Source of the DNA: Armatimonadota bacterium
Lineage (GTDB): Bacteria > Armatimonadota > UBA5829
Direction: 5' to 3'
NCBI GenBank assembly: GCA_012522575.1
Contig: JAAYKE010000028.1
Span: 575 to 64,574 of the forward strand
Length of the DNA: 64,000 bases
The notes beneath the pieces were generated by a model. It worked only from the letters and a program-made list of their open reading frames with translations, was not told the DNA's origin and made no database searches. Position 1 is the first letter of the stretch. Each line of letters starts with the position of its first letter. This document shows positions 36,967 to 46,284 of this stretch, piece by piece. The position numbers and the translations under genes were made by a program.

Positions 36967-37329
36967 ATGGAGGAAGTAATGAGAAGATTTCAGACTGTTA
37001 TTGCCATTATCGCTGCTGTATTGATCATATCGACCGCAGCAATCGCTTCGATAGCGTGGCAGAAAATGTTTATGGACACCTACAAACCGAAGGCTGATAC
37101 TGCGCTTGCAAAGGCCAAGTGCCAGATATGCCACACCAAAGGCGCAGAGCTGAACCTGTATGGCAAAGCTCTGAACGCGAAGCCGAAGACCGCTGCGTCG
37201 TTGAAAGCTGTCGAAAAGCTCGACTCAGATAAAGACGGCTTCACCAATCTCGAGGAAATCAAGGCCGGAACGCTGCCGGGAGACCCAAAGAGCAAACCGG
37301 CGGGCAAGCCTGCCAAACCAGCTAAGTAA
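36967..37329 (+). CDS. Small secreted/membrane-anchored mono-heme c-type cytochrome-like protein with a DxDxDG calcium-binding-like loop
   Basis: An N-terminal hydrophobic segment, a single CQICH (CxxCH) motif, DSDKDGFTNLEE, and a Lys/Pro-rich tail. The alternative start is 36979. Confidence 0.55.
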   Translation: MEEVMRRFQTVIAIIAAVLIISTAAIASIAWQKMFMDTYKPKADTALAKAKCQICHTKGAELNLYGKALNAKPKTAASLKAVEKLDSDKDGFTNLEEIKAGTLPGDPKSKPAGKPAKPAK

Positions 37330-37356
37330 TCGTGGCCGATTAGAAACGCATAGTGG

Positions 37357-37385
37357 ATGGGGCATGAGCAGCAATCATGCCCCAT
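37357..37385 (+). terminator. Strong 11-bp stem-loop after the cytochrome gene (no U-tract)
   Basis: atggggcatga-gcagcaa-tcatgccccat. Confidence 0.45.
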
Positions 37386-37446
37386 TCGCACGTCTAGCCT
37401 ATTGCCGGTTCGCAGGCGGACTTATGGGTTTCTTGAGCCGCCATTA

Positions 37447-37455
37447 TGGTATAAT
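37447..37455 (+). promoter_or_regulatory. Extended -10 promoter (TGgTATAAT) for pgm/pmm
   Basis: tggtataat lies 33 nt upstream of the ATG at 37488, with the RBS aggaggtg in between. Confidence 0.5.
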
Positions 37456-37487
37456 CATCTGGTTCTCGATTAACAGGAGGTGGATTG

Positions 37488-38852
37488 ATGCAGCTTGGAC
37501 CCAGAGAAATCAACAAAAATATATTTAAGGCATACGACATTCGCGGGCTTTATCCCCAGGAAATCGACGACGATGCGGCATACAGGATTGCGCGCGCCTA
37601 CGTGTCGTTGATTGACTGCAAGCGAGTGGTTGTAAGCCATGATATGAGGGAGTCTGCGGACCAGTTCGAGGCTGCCACGATCCGCGGCCTTATTGACCAG
37701 GGAGCGGATGTTGTGCCGGTTGGTTTGGCATCGACCCCTATGTATTATTTTGCGGTCAATCATCTTAAAGGAGATGCGGGCGTGCAGTGCAGCGCGTCGC
37801 ACAACCCGGCTGAGTATCAGGGCTACAAAATGACCGGCCCCGGAGCGATTCCGAGCATAGCCCTGGTCGATAATGAAACGCTTTACAAAAGAGCGTGCGA
37901 GGGCAACTTTGCGGAGCCGAAGCAAAAGGGAACACTGCACGAGCAGGTTGATGTGCTGGATGCCTACTGCGATGCAGTGCTCGACAGCGTAGATATTCAC
38001 GACTTCAAGGATTTGAAGATGGTGATAGACTGCGCCAACGGCATGGGGGGGCACATCCTTCCCGTTCTGTGCAAAAAAGTCGGCAGTGATCCGGTGAGGC
38101 TGTATTGGAGACTTGATGGCAGCTTCCCGAATCACGAAGCCAATCCCCTCAAAACCGAGACTTTGCTTGCGCTGCGCGATCGCGTAGTCGATGAGCAGGC
38201 GTACCTTGGCGTCGCATTCGACGGAGACGGGGACAGGGTAGCGTTTACGGACGAAAAGGGCGGAATTATCCCCGGCGACTTCATCACGGCTTTAATTGCT
38301 CGTGCGATGCTGGAGAAGAATCCGGGCGAGACGATTTTGTACGACCTGCGTTCGAGTTGGATTGTCCCGGAGGAAATAGAAAAAGCAGGGGGCAAAGCCA
38401 TCGAGTGCAGGGTGGGGCACGGCCTCATCAAAAAACAGATGCGCGAGGAAGGCGGCTTCTTTGCGGGAGAGCTTTCCAGCCACTACTATTTCAGCGACTT
38501 CTTCACCACAGATAACGGCGATCTGGCAATGCTGTATGTCATCAAAATGCTGCTGGCAGATGGCAGGCCGATGTCGGAGATAGTCGATCCTCTGCGGAGA
38601 TATTTCCACTCCGGCGAGATCAACTCCGATGTAAAGGATATCCCCGCGGTGCTCAAGCGTCTGAAGGACAAATACGGCCCGGCTGCAAAAAGAGTGACCG
38701 AAATCGACGGTTACAAAGCCGAGTTCGAGGACTGGTGGTTCAACGTGCGCCCGTCTAACACAGAGCCTCTCATCCGCCTGAACCTGGAAGCAAAGAATAA
38801 GGCTAAGATGGAAGAGAAGGTGGCGGAACTGCTCAACGAAATCAGAAGCTGA
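37488..38852 (+). CDS. Phosphomannomutase/phosphoglucomutase (alpha-D-phosphohexomutase)
   Basis: The active-site motif SASHNP (CSASHNPAEYQGYK), a metal-binding DGDGDR motif, and a perfect RBS. Confidence 0.9.
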   Translation: MQLGPREINKNIFKAYDIRGLYPQEIDDDAAYRIARAYVSLIDCKRVVVSHDMRESADQFEAATIRGLIDQGADVVPVGLASTPMYYFAVNHLKGDAGVQCSASHNPAEYQGYKMTGPGAIPSIALVDNETLYKRACEGNFAEPKQKGTLHEQVDVLDAYCDAVLDSVDIHDFKDLKMVIDCANGMGGHILPVLCKKVGSDPVRLYWRLDGSFPNHEANPLKTETLLALRDRVVDEQAYLGVAFDGDGDRVAFTDEKGGIIPGDFITALIARAMLEKNPGETILYDLRSSWIVPEEIEKAGGKAIECRVGHGLIKKQMREEGGFFAGELSSHYYFSDFFTTDNGDLAMLYVIKMLLADGRPMSEIVDPLRRYFHSGEINSDVKDIPAVLKRLKDKYGPAAKRVTEIDGYKAEFEDWWFNVRPSNTEPLIRLNLEAKNKAKMEEKVAELLNEIRS

Positions 38853-38881
38853 TTATAGCCGATATCGTCAAAATGTATAAC

Positions 38882-38905
38882 AGGGGCGGTCTTAGAATCG
38901 CCCCT
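38882..38905 (+). terminator. Terminator-like hairpin after pgm/pmm
   Basis: aggggcg-gtcttagaat-cgcccct, followed by ttcg. Confidence 0.55.
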
Positions 38906-38966
38906 TTCGCACATCAACAGTTGCCTGCCCGAATCCCATGTCCTGAAGCGCATGCCGCCATCTCAT

Positions 38967-38995
38967 TTGACCGCCTCAAACAGGCGGGTTATAAT
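38967..38995 (+). promoter_or_regulatory. Consensus sigma-70 promoter for serS (TTGACC-17-TATAAT)
   Basis: TTGACC at 38967-38972, a 17-nt spacer containing a small palindrome, and TATAAT at 38990-38995. Confidence 0.65.
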
Positions 38996-39042
38996 AACGA
39001 AGCGAACGCAGCCTGCGTTTATCACTTGGAGCGATATCTTTT

Positions 39043-40317
39043 ATGCTTGATGCGAAATTAATCCGAAGCGAGCCTGATAAGGTGCGGCAAGCCCTGATCA
39101 ATCGCAATAATGACACGAAGATTCTTGATGATTTCCTGGAGTTGGACGAACAGCGCCGCAAAGTTTTGTGGGAAGTCGAAGCCTTGAAGGCGGAGCGCAA
39201 CGCTGTATCCGAAGAGATAGCGAAGATGAAAAAGTCCAAACAGGATGCTTCTTCGGAGATTGCGCGTATGCGCGAGGTCGGCAGTCGCATCAAGCAGATG
39301 GACTCGGATGTATCGGCGATTGAATCTCGATTATCCGATATAACTTTTAACATTCCCAACATTCCGCACTCCAGCGTTCCTGTCGGCGCGGATGAATCGT
39401 TCAATGAGACGGTCAAAAATTGGGGACAGCCGAGGGAGTTCGGTTTTGAGCCTGTTCCTCACTGGGAGCTTGCGACTTCCCTCGATATCATAGACTTCGA
39501 GCGCGGAAGCAAGATCGCGGGCAGCGGGTTTATACTTTACAAGGGATTGGGAGCGAGGCTTGAGCGTTCGCTGTTGAACTGGATGCTCGATGTCCATACG
39601 TCAGAACACGGATATCGCGAAGTATTTCCGCCGTTTCTGATCAACCGCCGATCGATGTTAGGTACCGGTCAGTTGCCCAAGTTCGACGAGGATATGTATC
39701 ACACGGATAAGGACGACGACCTCTATCTCGACCCGACCGCAGAGGTTCCCGTAACCAATATATATATGGACGAGATTCTGGACGAGGCGGATTTGCCCCA
39801 GTATTTGACGGCATATTCCGCCTGTTTCAGAAGAGAGGCAGGCTCAGCCGGCAAGGATACGCGCGGATTGCTGCGGGTGCATCAGTTCAACAAAGTGGAG
39901 ATGGTCAAGTTCGTCGCGCCGCATACGTCCTATGATGAGCACGAAAGCCTGCTTGCAAATGCGGAGGCCATTCTGCAGAAGCTCAATTTGCCGTACAGGG
40001 TTGTGCTGCTTTCGACTGGTGACCTGAGTTTTTGCGCGGCCAAGTGCTACGATATAGAAATCTATGCGCCGGGCGTTGATCAATGGCTGGAGGTATCCAG
40101 TTGTTCGAACTTTGAGGATTTTCAGGCCAGGCGCGCAAATATCCGCTATCGTCCGGAGCCGGGAGCAAAACCTGAGTTTATTCATACGCTCAACGGTTCG
40201 GGAGTTGCCCTGCCAACGCTCGTTGTGGCGCGTCTGGAGACCTATCAGCAACCTGACGGCTCCATTGTCGTGCCGGAGGTTCTGCGGCCGTATATCGGCG
40301 CGGATCGCATCAGCTAA
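39043..40317 (+). CDS. serS: Seryl-tRNA synthetase
   Basis: An N-terminal coiled-coil MLDAKLIRSEPDKVRQAL and the class II core with motifs 2 and 3 (FRREAGSAGKDTRGLLRVHQF; GSGVALPT). Confidence 0.95.
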   Translation: MLDAKLIRSEPDKVRQALINRNNDTKILDDFLELDEQRRKVLWEVEALKAERNAVSEEIAKMKKSKQDASSEIARMREVGSRIKQMDSDVSAIESRLSDITFNIPNIPHSSVPVGADESFNETVKNWGQPREFGFEPVPHWELATSLDIIDFERGSKIAGSGFILYKGLGARLERSLLNWMLDVHTSEHGYREVFPPFLINRRSMLGTGQLPKFDEDMYHTDKDDDLYLDPTAEVPVTNIYMDEILDEADLPQYLTAYSACFRREAGSAGKDTRGLLRVHQFNKVEMVKFVAPHTSYDEHESLLANAEAILQKLNLPYRVVLLSTGDLSFCAAKCYDIEIYAPGVDQWLEVSSCSNFEDFQARRANIRYRPEPGAKPEFIHTLNGSGVALPTLVVARLETYQQPDGSIVVPEVLRPYIGADRIS

Positions 40318-40365
40318 GACAGCCTTGCACACATTCCATCGACGCAACGTGAATGGGGACGCTAA

Positions 40366-41253
40366 ATGACAACCAGACTGATCCTTGATACCGATATCGG
40401 CTCAGACGTAGACGATGCCTGGGCGCTGGCTTTGTGCATTGCTTCAGTGGAGATATGTTTACATGGAGTTACCCTGGTGCATGCGAACCTTGACGTGCGG
40501 GCCAGGGTCGCCTTGAAAATGCTCAAGCTGGCCGGTCGGTCGGATGTCCCCGTCTACAAGGGAATATCGAAGCCATTGACCCCGGATTTGCCCTGTCATT
40601 GGGCGGGTTTCGAGGGCACAGAGACCGATTTTTCAGATATCGATGAGTCGCATGCCAAAGATAACGCCATAGACTTTATCCTTGAAACGGTCGACAAATA
40701 CCCCGGAGAAGTGGTGATAGCTCCGATCGGGCCACTTACCAACGTCGCTGCCGCGATTGAGCGCGCCCCGGATACGATGCGCAAGCTGAAACGCCTTGCA
40801 ATTATGGGTTCTACCTATCAAGGCGAAGGTCCCGACTGCGCTGGCGCGGAGCACAACATTAGATGCGACCCTGTGGCTGCTAAAATCGTGCTCGAATCGG
40901 GGATTCCGACTACGTTGGTTGGGCTGAATGTCACTGGTCAGGTCGTGATCAAAAGACAGGACCTGGCGAACATCAAAAACACTCCCTTCGGCGACTACCT
41001 TGCCGCTATGACCGAACAGATTTATAAGTTGTGGCATATCGAGGCGACCTATATGCACGACCCTCTTGCCGTCGCCACCCAGATTGACGCATCCCTGGTA
41101 TCCACTCGCAAAATGTCCGCGTGCGTGCTCGAAGAAGGCAAGGTAGCTTTCAGAGCAGACGAGGCCGGGTCGCTGGATGTGTGCGTCGATGTAGATGTGA
41201 GCAGGTTTGAGGAACTCCTTCTATCGAGAGTAGCGGCTCTATCAAACAGATAG
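40366..41253 (+). CDS. Inosine-uridine-preferring nucleoside hydrolase
   Basis: The DTDIGSDVDDAWALALC signature (DxDxxxDD calcium site). Confidence 0.85.
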   Translation: MTTRLILDTDIGSDVDDAWALALCIASVEICLHGVTLVHANLDVRARVALKMLKLAGRSDVPVYKGISKPLTPDLPCHWAGFEGTETDFSDIDESHAKDNAIDFILETVDKYPGEVVIAPIGPLTNVAAAIERAPDTMRKLKRLAIMGSTYQGEGPDCAGAEHNIRCDPVAAKIVLESGIPTTLVGLNVTGQVVIKRQDLANIKNTPFGDYLAAMTEQIYKLWHIEATYMHDPLAVATQIDASLVSTRKMSACVLEEGKVAFRADEAGSLDVCVDVDVSRFEELLLSRVAALSNR

Positions 41254-41398
41254 CGCCGCCAATGCCCCGCAAATGTCGTCACTGTTATGGTTGAGCGCTC
41301 CCTCGGCAAGGGTATTTATAAACCAAAGGGTAATTAACCGTTTCAAGTGAAAATAGAGGCGTAATATAGTATCAACTCACTCTTCGTGAGTGGTTGAA

Positions 41399-41577
41399 GT
41401 GGCTGGTCTCTGTCCCAGCCGCACAAACTATGTCATTTCGAACGAAGTGAGAAATCTGCTTTTTTCGATATCCGAGGTCAGATGTCCGAAGTTCGAGCCG
41501 GTATCGCCAAACCATACCCAAGCTCTAACCTCCAACTTCTAACCTCTAAACCGTAGTGGCTGGTCTCTGTCCCAGCC
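41399..41577. repeat. Dispersed intergenic repeat, copy B, bounded by a 22-bp direct repeat (gtggctggtctctgtcccagcc at 41399 and again at 41556)
   Basis: The head hairpin ggctgg-tctctgtc-ccagcc, the core 41421-41504 (~90 percent identical to 22665-22748), and the tail ctaacctccaacttctaacctctaaa. Confidence 0.65.
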
Positions 41578-41689
41578 AGATAATCTATCAACGAACACCT
41601 GCTGTCCGAGACGGAGATCGGACACTACGGGCAGGATTGCTCATCATTCGTGAGCTGTTACGTAATATATCTTAAAATTGGCTGGTGAT

Positions 41690-42097
41690 ATGGAGCAGCA
41701 ACCCAATAACTGGACAGGCCAGAGGCAACTGGCAGAAGCATGCTGGTCGCAGGCGAGAGCGAACTACGCAGCCGCTGTGACCCTGTTGGATGCGGGCGTC
41801 TATTTCGCCAGCGTATTCTTTGCCCAGCAAGCCGCCGAGATGGCTTTGAAAGCGGCAAGCATACGAAAGCTCCACAAAATACCCCGAGGCCACAATCTCA
41901 TAAATATGTGCAGCGGGCTGGAGGCTCCTGCGGAGGTGATGAATGCCTCAGCAGAGCTTAATCCGCAATTTCTGTCCACGCGAAGCCCGGAGGCGGCCAC
42001 CGGAGTGCCTGCGCAAAACTACGACCGCAAATCCGCCAGACTGCACCTTCGGATGGCACAGACCATAGTAGATTGGATCAAAGCAACCTTGTATTAA
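41690..42097 (+). CDS. HEPN-domain protein (orphan, no adjacent nucleotidyltransferase)
   Basis: An all-helical ~135-aa protein with AEACWSQARANYAAAVTLLDAGVYFASVFFAQQAAEMALKA, the R-x4-6-H-like RGHNL motif, and HEPN-typical length. Confidence 0.65.
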   Translation: MEQQPNNWTGQRQLAEACWSQARANYAAAVTLLDAGVYFASVFFAQQAAEMALKAASIRKLHKIPRGHNLINMCSGLEAPAEVMNASAELNPQFLSTRSPEAATGVPAQNYDRKSARLHLRMAQTIVDWIKATLY

Positions 42098-42183
42098 CTC
42101 CTTCAGGCTGAGCGTGATAGCCAAATAGCGTTTGCACAGTTCGCCCTATTTGGTGTATAACATATCCGTCAATCCAATGGGAG

Positions 42184-43227
42184 TTGGTTCAAATGCGCAT
42201 CTGCAACGATCCGGACTTCGACAATCTGCTTGCCGTGCTGCGGCGAGAAAAACCTTCGCGTCCCACTCTCTTCGAATTCTTTCTCAACGAAGCTCTATAC
42301 CGCAGGATAGCAGGCGTCGGCGCAGAAGATGAGCTTGACGGCCACGACCACGCACGGATGCTGCTGGCGGCGTTTATGCGAGCGGGATACGATTATGTCA
42401 CTTTATACGGGTCGGATTTGACATTTCCGGCAGGCGATATCGAACAAATGGCAAGCCGCTCCCTTGACCATTGTCCGATTATCTTCGACAGGGATTCATA
42501 TCAGGCGTATCAGTGGCCGGACCCTGCATCGTTCAGTTACTCCAGACTCGATGTAATAGGCGCACAACTGCCTCGGGGAATGAAAATAGTCGTCTGCGGG
42601 CCGGGCGGAGTGCTCGAAAATGTGATGCAGTTGGTCGGCTTCGAAGGCATTTGCCTGATGATGGCTGACGATCCTGATCTTGTCGAGAAGATTTTTGCCG
42701 AGGTCGGATCGAGATTGGTCGAATACTACCGAGTTGCAGCTAGTCATCCTGCAGTCGGCGCGCTGATCTCAAACGACGACTGGGGCTTCAGCGCGCAGAC
42801 CATGCTCAGTCCGGCCGATATGCGTCGATATGTGTTTTTGTGGCACGAGCGCATCGTTCAAGTGATACACGATGCGCAAAAGCCCGCGATTTTGCATTCA
42901 TGCGGCAATCTCGAATCCGTTATGGACGATATAATCGATGTTATGAAATACGACGCCAAGCACTCGTATGAGGACAAGATATGCCCTGTCGAGGAGGCAT
43001 ACGAACGCTGGGGAGACCGAATCGCGATCCTTGGCGGAATAGATTTGGACTTCGTCTGCCGATCCAAACCTGATAAAATAACCCAAAGGGCGCAGGCTAT
43101 GCTAGATCGCGCCGCAAACCGAGGCAGCTACGCGCTCGGCTCCGGCAACTCCATACCATATTATGTGCCCGACGATAACTACTTTGCTCTTATCGAACCC
43201 GTAGTCGCCCTGCGGAGGCATTTGTGA
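42184..43227 (+). CDS. Uroporphyrinogen-decarboxylase (URO-D)/MtaA-like family protein of unknown substrate
   Basis: 347 aa with a URO-D-like TIM barrel pattern (...KPAILHSCGNLESVMDDIIDV...ILGGIDLDF...). It is not in a heme biosynthesis context. Confidence 0.75.
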   Translation: MVQMRICNDPDFDNLLAVLRREKPSRPTLFEFFLNEALYRRIAGVGAEDELDGHDHARMLLAAFMRAGYDYVTLYGSDLTFPAGDIEQMASRSLDHCPIIFDRDSYQAYQWPDPASFSYSRLDVIGAQLPRGMKIVVCGPGGVLENVMQLVGFEGICLMMADDPDLVEKIFAEVGSRLVEYYRVAASHPAVGALISNDDWGFSAQTMLSPADMRRYVFLWHERIVQVIHDAQKPAILHSCGNLESVMDDIIDVMKYDAKHSYEDKICPVEEAYERWGDRIAILGGIDLDFVCRSKPDKITQRAQAMLDRAANRGSYALGSGNSIPYYVPDDNYFALIEPVVALRRHL

Positions 43228-43232
43228 GGGAT

Positions 43233-44771
43233 ATGAATTATCTATTGGGAATAGACATCGGCACCAGCGGAACAAAAGCTCTGCTCATCAATGCGAGCAG
43301 CGGCGGAGAGGTTGTGGCTTCCTCCACAAAGACCTACGACCTGTCCACTCCCAAACCCCTTTGGGCTGAACAGTCACCAGAGGACTGGTGGCAGGGGACC
43401 GTCGATTCCATACGAGATGTGCTCGACAAATCAGAAATCGACGCCCGTCAAATCAAAGGAATCGGCTTATCCGGCCAGATGCACGGCTCGGTTTTTCTTG
43501 ACGAGAACAATCAGGTTCTGCGACCGGCGATTATCTGGTGCGACCAGCGAACTCAGGCGGAGTGTGACTGGATAATGGATACCGTAGGCCGCGATAAAAC
43601 GCTGGAGTTGATCTCTAACCCTGTCCTCACCGGTTTTACTGCGGGCAAGATCATCTGGCTTCGCAACAACGAGCCGCACATATACAATCAGGTTAAAAAA
43701 GTAATGCTGCCCAAGGACTACATACGCCTGCGACTGACGGGCGAATACGCCACCGAGGTATCCGATGCCAGCGGCACTGCTCTGTTCAATGTCGCCAAAC
43801 GAGATTGGGCCTATGAGATGCTGGAGGCGATAGATATCCCTGCGCAATGGATGCCCAAAGCTTATGAGAGCGTGGAGATCAGCGGAAAAATCACTGCCGA
43901 GGCCGCAAAGTTGACCGGCTTGTCGAAGGGAACCCCTGTAGTCGGAGGCGGCGGTGACCAGGCAGCGGGCGCGGTCGGCAACGGAGTAGTGGAGGAGGGG
44001 ATAATCTCGTCCACTGTCGGCACATCGGGCGTGGTATTTGCATTCGCCGATAAGCCGGTAACAGACCCCGAGATGCGCATGCACACATTTTGTCATGCAG
44101 TGCCGGGCAAATGGCACATGATGGGAGTAATGCTGTCTGCGGGCGGGAGCCTGCGCTGGTATCGAGACACATTTGCCGAGATGGAGACACTTATTGCCGA
44201 AGCGCTCGCCACAGACCCTTATACCATTATATGCGGCACAGCGGCGAAGGCTCCCGTAGGAAGCGAGGGACTTATATTCCTTCCATACCTCACCGGCGAA
44301 CGCACCCCATATCCAAACCCGCATGCACGCGGAGTCTTTTTCGGGATCACTCTGCGCACGGGCAGGGATCATTTTGCGAGAGCTATCCTTGAGGGCATAG
44401 CTTACGGGCTGAGAGATTCGTTCGGCATTCTCGAGGAGATGGGAGTGCCTGTAAATCAGGTTCGCGCATCGGGCGGCGGCGCTCGCAGCGGAGTATGGAG
44501 GCAGATTCAGGCCGATGTGACCGGCAAAAACCACGTCACGATAAACATCGACGAAGGCCCTGCGCTGGGCGCGGCTCTGCTTGCAGGCGTGGGCGCGGGT
44601 CTGTATCCGACAGTCGCCGAGGCTTGCAGGTCTGTTATCAAAGTCAGTGACGAGACAAAATTCAAACGCTCTAATAAGAAAAAATATGACGGATACTATC
44701 GTATTTATCAATCGCTCTACCAGTCGTTGCGCGGTCAATTCGACGAGGTGGCGAAGTTGACAAAGGGATAA
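43233..44771 (+). CDS. xylB: Xylulokinase (FGGY carbohydrate kinase)
   Basis: LLGIDIGTSGTKALL; ...GLSGQMHGSVFLD...; and the C-terminal FGGY domain GGGARS. Start is ATG 43233 after GAGGG (the ORF-track GTG 43224 overlaps the upstream stop). Confidence 0.85.
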   Translation: MNYLLGIDIGTSGTKALLINASSGGEVVASSTKTYDLSTPKPLWAEQSPEDWWQGTVDSIRDVLDKSEIDARQIKGIGLSGQMHGSVFLDENNQVLRPAIIWCDQRTQAECDWIMDTVGRDKTLELISNPVLTGFTAGKIIWLRNNEPHIYNQVKKVMLPKDYIRLRLTGEYATEVSDASGTALFNVAKRDWAYEMLEAIDIPAQWMPKAYESVEISGKITAEAAKLTGLSKGTPVVGGGGDQAAGAVGNGVVEEGIISSTVGTSGVVFAFADKPVTDPEMRMHTFCHAVPGKWHMMGVMLSAGGSLRWYRDTFAEMETLIAEALATDPYTIICGTAAKAPVGSEGLIFLPYLTGERTPYPNPHARGVFFGITLRTGRDHFARAILEGIAYGLRDSFGILEEMGVPVNQVRASGGGARSGVWRQIQADVTGKNHVTINIDEGPALGAALLAGVGAGLYPTVAEACRSVIKVSDETKFKRSNKKKYDGYYRIYQSLYQSLRGQFDEVAKLTKG

Positions 44772-44779
44772 GCATACAA

Positions 44780-45730
44780 ATGAATGTCTTAGGCGTAGAT
44801 ATCGGCGGCAGCAATTCGGTTGTCGCTGTGGCCGACCAATCCGGAAGTATTTTTACACACAAGCAAATTCTCACTCCCAATGTCCTTGGCCCAAATTTGA
44901 ATATCGATATGATCCTCACAGCGGCCTGTCAGATAATACAAGAGACGGGCAAATCAATAGACGCCATCGGCATAGGCTGCGGCGGGCCGCTGGATCGCAG
45001 AACCGGCACTCTGCACAAAGTGGCGAATCTTCCCAGTTGGGATGGTATCTGTCTTACGGAAATCTTCGAGGACATAACAGGCGCGCCAGCGTTTTTGGAT
45101 AACGACGCAACGGCTGCTGCTATGGGGGAGGCCGCGTTTGGATCGGGAAAAGGGTTGGCTAACTTCGTATATCTCACCGTCTCCACCGGCATTGGCGGCG
45201 GAATCATAATCAATGGCAAGCCATATCGCGGACACGGCGAAAACGCGGGGGAGATAGGCCACACAAAGATAATCCCCGATGGGCCGCCATGCAAGTGCGG
45301 GGATCGCGGCTGTCTCGAAACCCTCGCATCAGGAACCGCAATCGCCAGGATAGCCAAAGAGGGTTTGGCCGATAACCCGGACTCCATTTTGAACGATGCG
45401 CTCAATGAAAGGGATGGGTTAACCGCCAGATCAGTATCCGTTGCAGCGAAAAAAAGGGACATTTACGCGAACAAAATCTGGTCTGATGCCATGTATCACC
45501 TCGGGCTTGGCGTCGCAAATGTTGTCAACATTCTGAATCCTGAGCTGGTTGTAATCGGCGGCGGGGTCGCTAGCGCTGGTGAAATGCTGTTTAAGCCTGT
45601 AACCGAAGTAGTCAATCAGCGCGCAATGAAGGCTCTGGCGGACGATGTGAAGATAGCTCCGTCTCATCACGGCGATCTTATCGGAGTAATGGGAGCAATT
45701 GCGGTTGCGCTGGAGGGGATGCAGGGCTAG
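44780..45730 (+). CDS. ROK-family sugar kinase (glucokinase-like)
   Basis: VLGVDIGGSN, the CKCGDRGCLE zinc motif, and GIGGGII. Confidence 0.85.
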   Translation: MNVLGVDIGGSNSVVAVADQSGSIFTHKQILTPNVLGPNLNIDMILTAACQIIQETGKSIDAIGIGCGGPLDRRTGTLHKVANLPSWDGICLTEIFEDITGAPAFLDNDATAAAMGEAAFGSGKGLANFVYLTVSTGIGGGIIINGKPYRGHGENAGEIGHTKIIPDGPPCKCGDRGCLETLASGTAIARIAKEGLADNPDSILNDALNERDGLTARSVSVAAKKRDIYANKIWSDAMYHLGLGVANVVNILNPELVVIGGGVASAGEMLFKPVTEVVNQRAMKALADDVKIAPSHHGDLIGVMGAIAVALEGMQG

Positions 45731-46284
45731 TTATCCGATTCGTCTATCATCCGTTTTATGGAGTTGAGGTTTCGCTTTGCCACATTTTTGTAGAAATCGT
45801 CCTCGGCGAACCACACAGCCCTTTGCGCATACGGCAGCGCGCGCTTAGGGTTTTTCAGCTTTTGGGCATACATAACGGCGGCAAGCTGGTTCAATTCCCT
45901 CGAACGAGGGTTTGCCTCCAGACCCTCCATCAGGTAATTCATCGCGCGAATGTTGTTGTTATACCCATACATCAAAATGTAGGTTCCGGTGGAGTAGGCT
46001 TCCACAAAGCGCGGGTCGAGGGCGACAATCATCTTGAGCAGGCCGATCAGGTCCTTATTATTGCACCAGTTCGGGTCGTGCTGAATGAACTCGTGATGAT
46101 ACTTATCGGCCTTAATCCACAACAAATTGGCAAAGACCGTCCGAAATTCTCCGGCGAGTTTATAGACGGCGGAGGTTTGATCCTGCGGCTGTGCCGGTCT
46201 GGCTCGGACGGCGCTGTTTTCGATGATGCACATCCCGCCGAACAGGACGACCATAGCTGCCACAATGCAAATCCTTGATTTCAT
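45727..46284 (-). CDS. Hypothetical secreted helical (TPR-like) protein
   Basis: A signal/anchor MKSRICIVAAMVVLFGGMCII, then a helical repeat-like sequence. It is the last gene of the ABC-2 cluster. No recognisable catalytic motif. Confidence 0.5.
   Translation of the reverse strand: MKSRICIVAAMVVLFGGMCIIENSAVRARPAQPQDQTSAVYKLAGEFRTVFANLLWIKADKYHHEFIQHDPNWCNNKDLIGLLKMIVALDPRFVEAYSTGTYILMYGYNNNIRAMNYLMEGLEANPRSRELNQLAAVMYAQKLKNPKRALPYAQRAVWFAEDDFYKNVAKRNLNSIKRMIDESDN

Noticed and set aside
41470-41505. tRNA-like T-loop motif GTTCGAGCC inside the dispersed repeat
   Set aside because: No acceptor stem, D-arm or anticodon arm could be folded around it, so it is not a tRNA gene. It could at most be a tRNA-derived remnant.
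43467-44738. 423-aa minus-strand ORF
   Set aside because: It is antisense to xylulokinase (clear FGGY motifs on the plus strand) and has no homology signal.
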